DNA from: Takakia lepidozioides
Lineage: Eukaryota; Plantae; Bryophyta
Length of the DNA stretch: 64,000 nt
Direction: 5' to 3'
NCBI GenBank assembly: GCA_030704615.1
Contig: CM060734.1
Span: forward strand, 34,224,001 to 34,288,000
Shown here piece by piece: positions 61,531 to 64,000 of the stretch. The notes under the pieces are model-generated. The model was not told the origin of the DNA and searched no databases. It saw only the letters and a list, made by a program, of their open reading frames with translations. The first letter of the stretch is position 1. Each line of letters begins with the position of its first letter. The position numbers were made by a program, and so were the translations under genes.

Positions 61531-64000
61531 TCTTCACAAGTCTTCACACCTGATTACATGCATATAACGAATGCACCAATACGATTCCAATTTTTCAAAT
61601 GGCGCTGTTGGTATTGTCGCGGGAATAGGTCTGCATTTGTCCTCGGGTATAGGCCCCCTTTCTAATACAACACCACTCTACGCTCACAACCTTAGTGGGT
61701 CAATCGTGAGCCTGGGCTCATAGGCTCACGTGAGCAGGCTCATGGCGTAGCTTTCCTAAAGGTTCTTCCAGCTGTAGCCACTCGAGACGTTCAAAAGAAG
61801 AAGGATTGGATCATCATCGTCCTCACAACAACGGTAACGAATTCTATTATTGTACTAAAAACTTGATTTCCATTGGAAAACTCACAAACAATGGACACCT
61901 TATATTGTTTGATGCTCGTCATTAACGTTACGTACTGGACAAATACAATCCAGTGAAGCTCTTTCTGAAGGGGAGATCCGCTCAACAAGCTGTATAGACT
62001 TGATACTTCCCATGCACCGTCCAAATTGACCGTCAAAATATTGGTAACAAACAACAGTTCAACGCTTCTTCACCCGAAGCTGACCAAATCCTACAATATG
62101 TCTAAACGAAACAACAAAGAACTGGCGAATCTGTGGCGTCGACGCATTGGACATGCAAGCTACCAAAGATTGAACCATATGTCGCCGAAGCAGCTGATAG
62201 AAGGCATACCACCAGTCCCACACCTGAAAGAGATTTGCGAGACATGTGTCAAAGCAAAACACATGTGTCAAGGCAAAACATGACAGACAATGGATTCCCA
62301 AATCTACATCGCACCATGCGTCCAGGCCTTTGCAGCTTCTTCACTCAGATCTATGTGGTCATGTACCAATACCTTCTCTCTCTGGTTCAAGGTACATTAT
62401 GACTCTCATAGATGATCTATTTTGGTACTCAAGGGTGTATTTTCTGAAGACCAAAAACGAAGCTTTTAAAAAATTCAAAGCATTCAAAACGGAAGTCGAA
62501 AATCAGTTTACATGTAAAATTTCATGCCTTCGAACTGACAGAGAATGTGAGTTTCTGTCAGAACACCGAGCAGAAAAATCGAACATTTCTCAACATGGTT
62601 TGAAGTATGTCAATCGGAACCAATCTTCCTGCTTACTTGTGGGAAGAGATGGTGAGGGCTGCGAATTACGTAAACAATCATTGTAGCTCAAGGGCACTAA
62701 ATCAATCTACTCCATACGAATGTCTACTTGAATTCAAACCAAATTTGAAGCATTTACATGTTGTGGGCAGCGCTGCCAGGATCAAAGAGATAAACTAGGA
62801 GCTAGATCAATCATATGCATTCTTGTTGGTTATGACGATAGAAGCAAAGCATATCGCTGTTATAACCCTAACACTAAGAGAATCCTGATCAGCAGGGACC
62901 TGATGAGTCTCTTCCAGGTGATTTTTAAATGACAAATCGATCTTTTAGGAGAGCATACAGGACATGTTTCCTTCGAATGAATTCTCCTCTCCAGATGAAG
63001 CTGACAACATCGGCCCGTTACCATCAAGAGATGAAATCACGCCACTAGGAGCAGTCACTCAGGACCACAACGACACTCCTGACTTTTCTCCAACTGCTCC
63101 TACTACATCTCCAGCTCAGTCTATCTCTCCGCCATCATCACTGTCTCCATCATAGCCATCTCACATTCTACAAGCTCGTCAACTTAGACGCTCAGAGAGG
63201 ATAAAATCAGCGCCCTACAAATATCGTGACTTCAGAGCATTTCTAACAACGTCTGAAGCTGAAATAGATCAGGTACCCATCGTTGACTCCACCAAATGAC
63301 ATTCAAGTTGAGGACGCTATCAGTGACCCCACATGGAAACAGGCCATGGAAGTAGAGATAAACGCTCACAGGAAGTATCAAACTTGAGAATTAACCAAAC
63401 TTCCTCCAGGGCAACGAGCATTGTCAACAAAATGGATTCTCAGAACCAAAGAAGATAATCTGAAACGTTAAATACAAAGCTTGAGTAGTGGAAATGGGCA
63501 ATGAAAAAAGAGTCGGACTAGACTATCAAGAGACCTTTGCACCGGTAATAAAATGGTCGACAGTTCGTCTCATCACTGCATATTAGCAACCGCGTTCGAT
63601 TAGTCAATCTCGCATATGGATGTGGTGAGGGCATTTTTGAACGGGACCATTAAAGAGGTCATCTACATGAACCAACCATTCGGATTTGAGGCACCCGGGT
63701 TTGAGGATCTGGTCTGTAAGCTACAAAAGTCCATCTATGGACTCAAGCAAAGCCCGTGTGTATGGTACGACGAAATTGATTCTTTTCTCAGATCCGTTCC
63801 ATACATACAAAGTTCTTTGGACCCAAATATGTACTTTTGGAAGGAAGCCGGGAACATCGTGATTGTTTTATTATTTGTTGATGACCTATTTATCACGGGA
63901 AGCTCACCCAAGCTGATCGCTAAATTGAAGCAACACTTGCAAACAAAATACGAAATGAAAGATCTCGGCCAGGTGAAGCGCTACCTTGGAGTTAATTTCG

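Larger units (their letters stand above)
60347..61758. mobile_element. hAT-type non-autonomous element inserted in the Copia gag
   Basis: 8-bp TSD AAGGTTCT (60339-60346, 61759-61766); imperfect TIR TGAGGAATGCTA / TAGCTTTCCTA; GCTCACGTGAGC subterminal motifs. Confidence 0.8.
59792..64000 (+). mobile_element. Decayed Ty1/Copia LTR retrotransposon, continuing beyond the window
   Basis: 5' LTR 59792-60064 (TGTTGGAAATT...AATTTCCACA), degenerate iMet PBS TGGTCTCAAAGC, gag KLIGARNYQVW, WRRRIGHAS...CETC, LLHSDLCG...LIDD integrase, RT WKQAM, GLKQSP, LFVDDL; many stops. Confidence 0.92.

Overview
Eukaryotic nuclear DNA from a land plant, probably a non-flowering lineage (inferred from gene content and TE types). 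Positions 1-6251 are the 3' part of a Ty3/Gypsy LTR retrotransposon with an unusual pol order: aspartic protease, a complete DNMT3-like C5-cytosine methyltransferase, RT, RNase H, integrase and a C-terminal PHD finger. Its 3' terminus is an A-B-A structure of two ~185-bp direct repeats around a hairpin-rich core. It abuts the leader of an opposite-strand LTR element, and a chromovirus integrase/chromodomain remnant follows. Host genes are two tandem S-adenosylmethionine synthetase genes, a 10-exon mitochondrial carrier, L-lactate dehydrogenase, a 5-exon IMP/S26 peptidase-like gene and an intronless GH5 endoglycoceramidase-like gene. Positions 20-30 kb are a field of non-autonomous DNA transposons (hAT-type with 8-bp TSDs, one nested, one carrying a PPR-like fragment) plus a solo LTR. 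At least six 5'-truncated copies of one LINE family sit at AG-rich sites. The window ends in a decayed Ty1/Copia element interrupted by nested insertions. The DNMT+PHD retrotransposon is the standout system.
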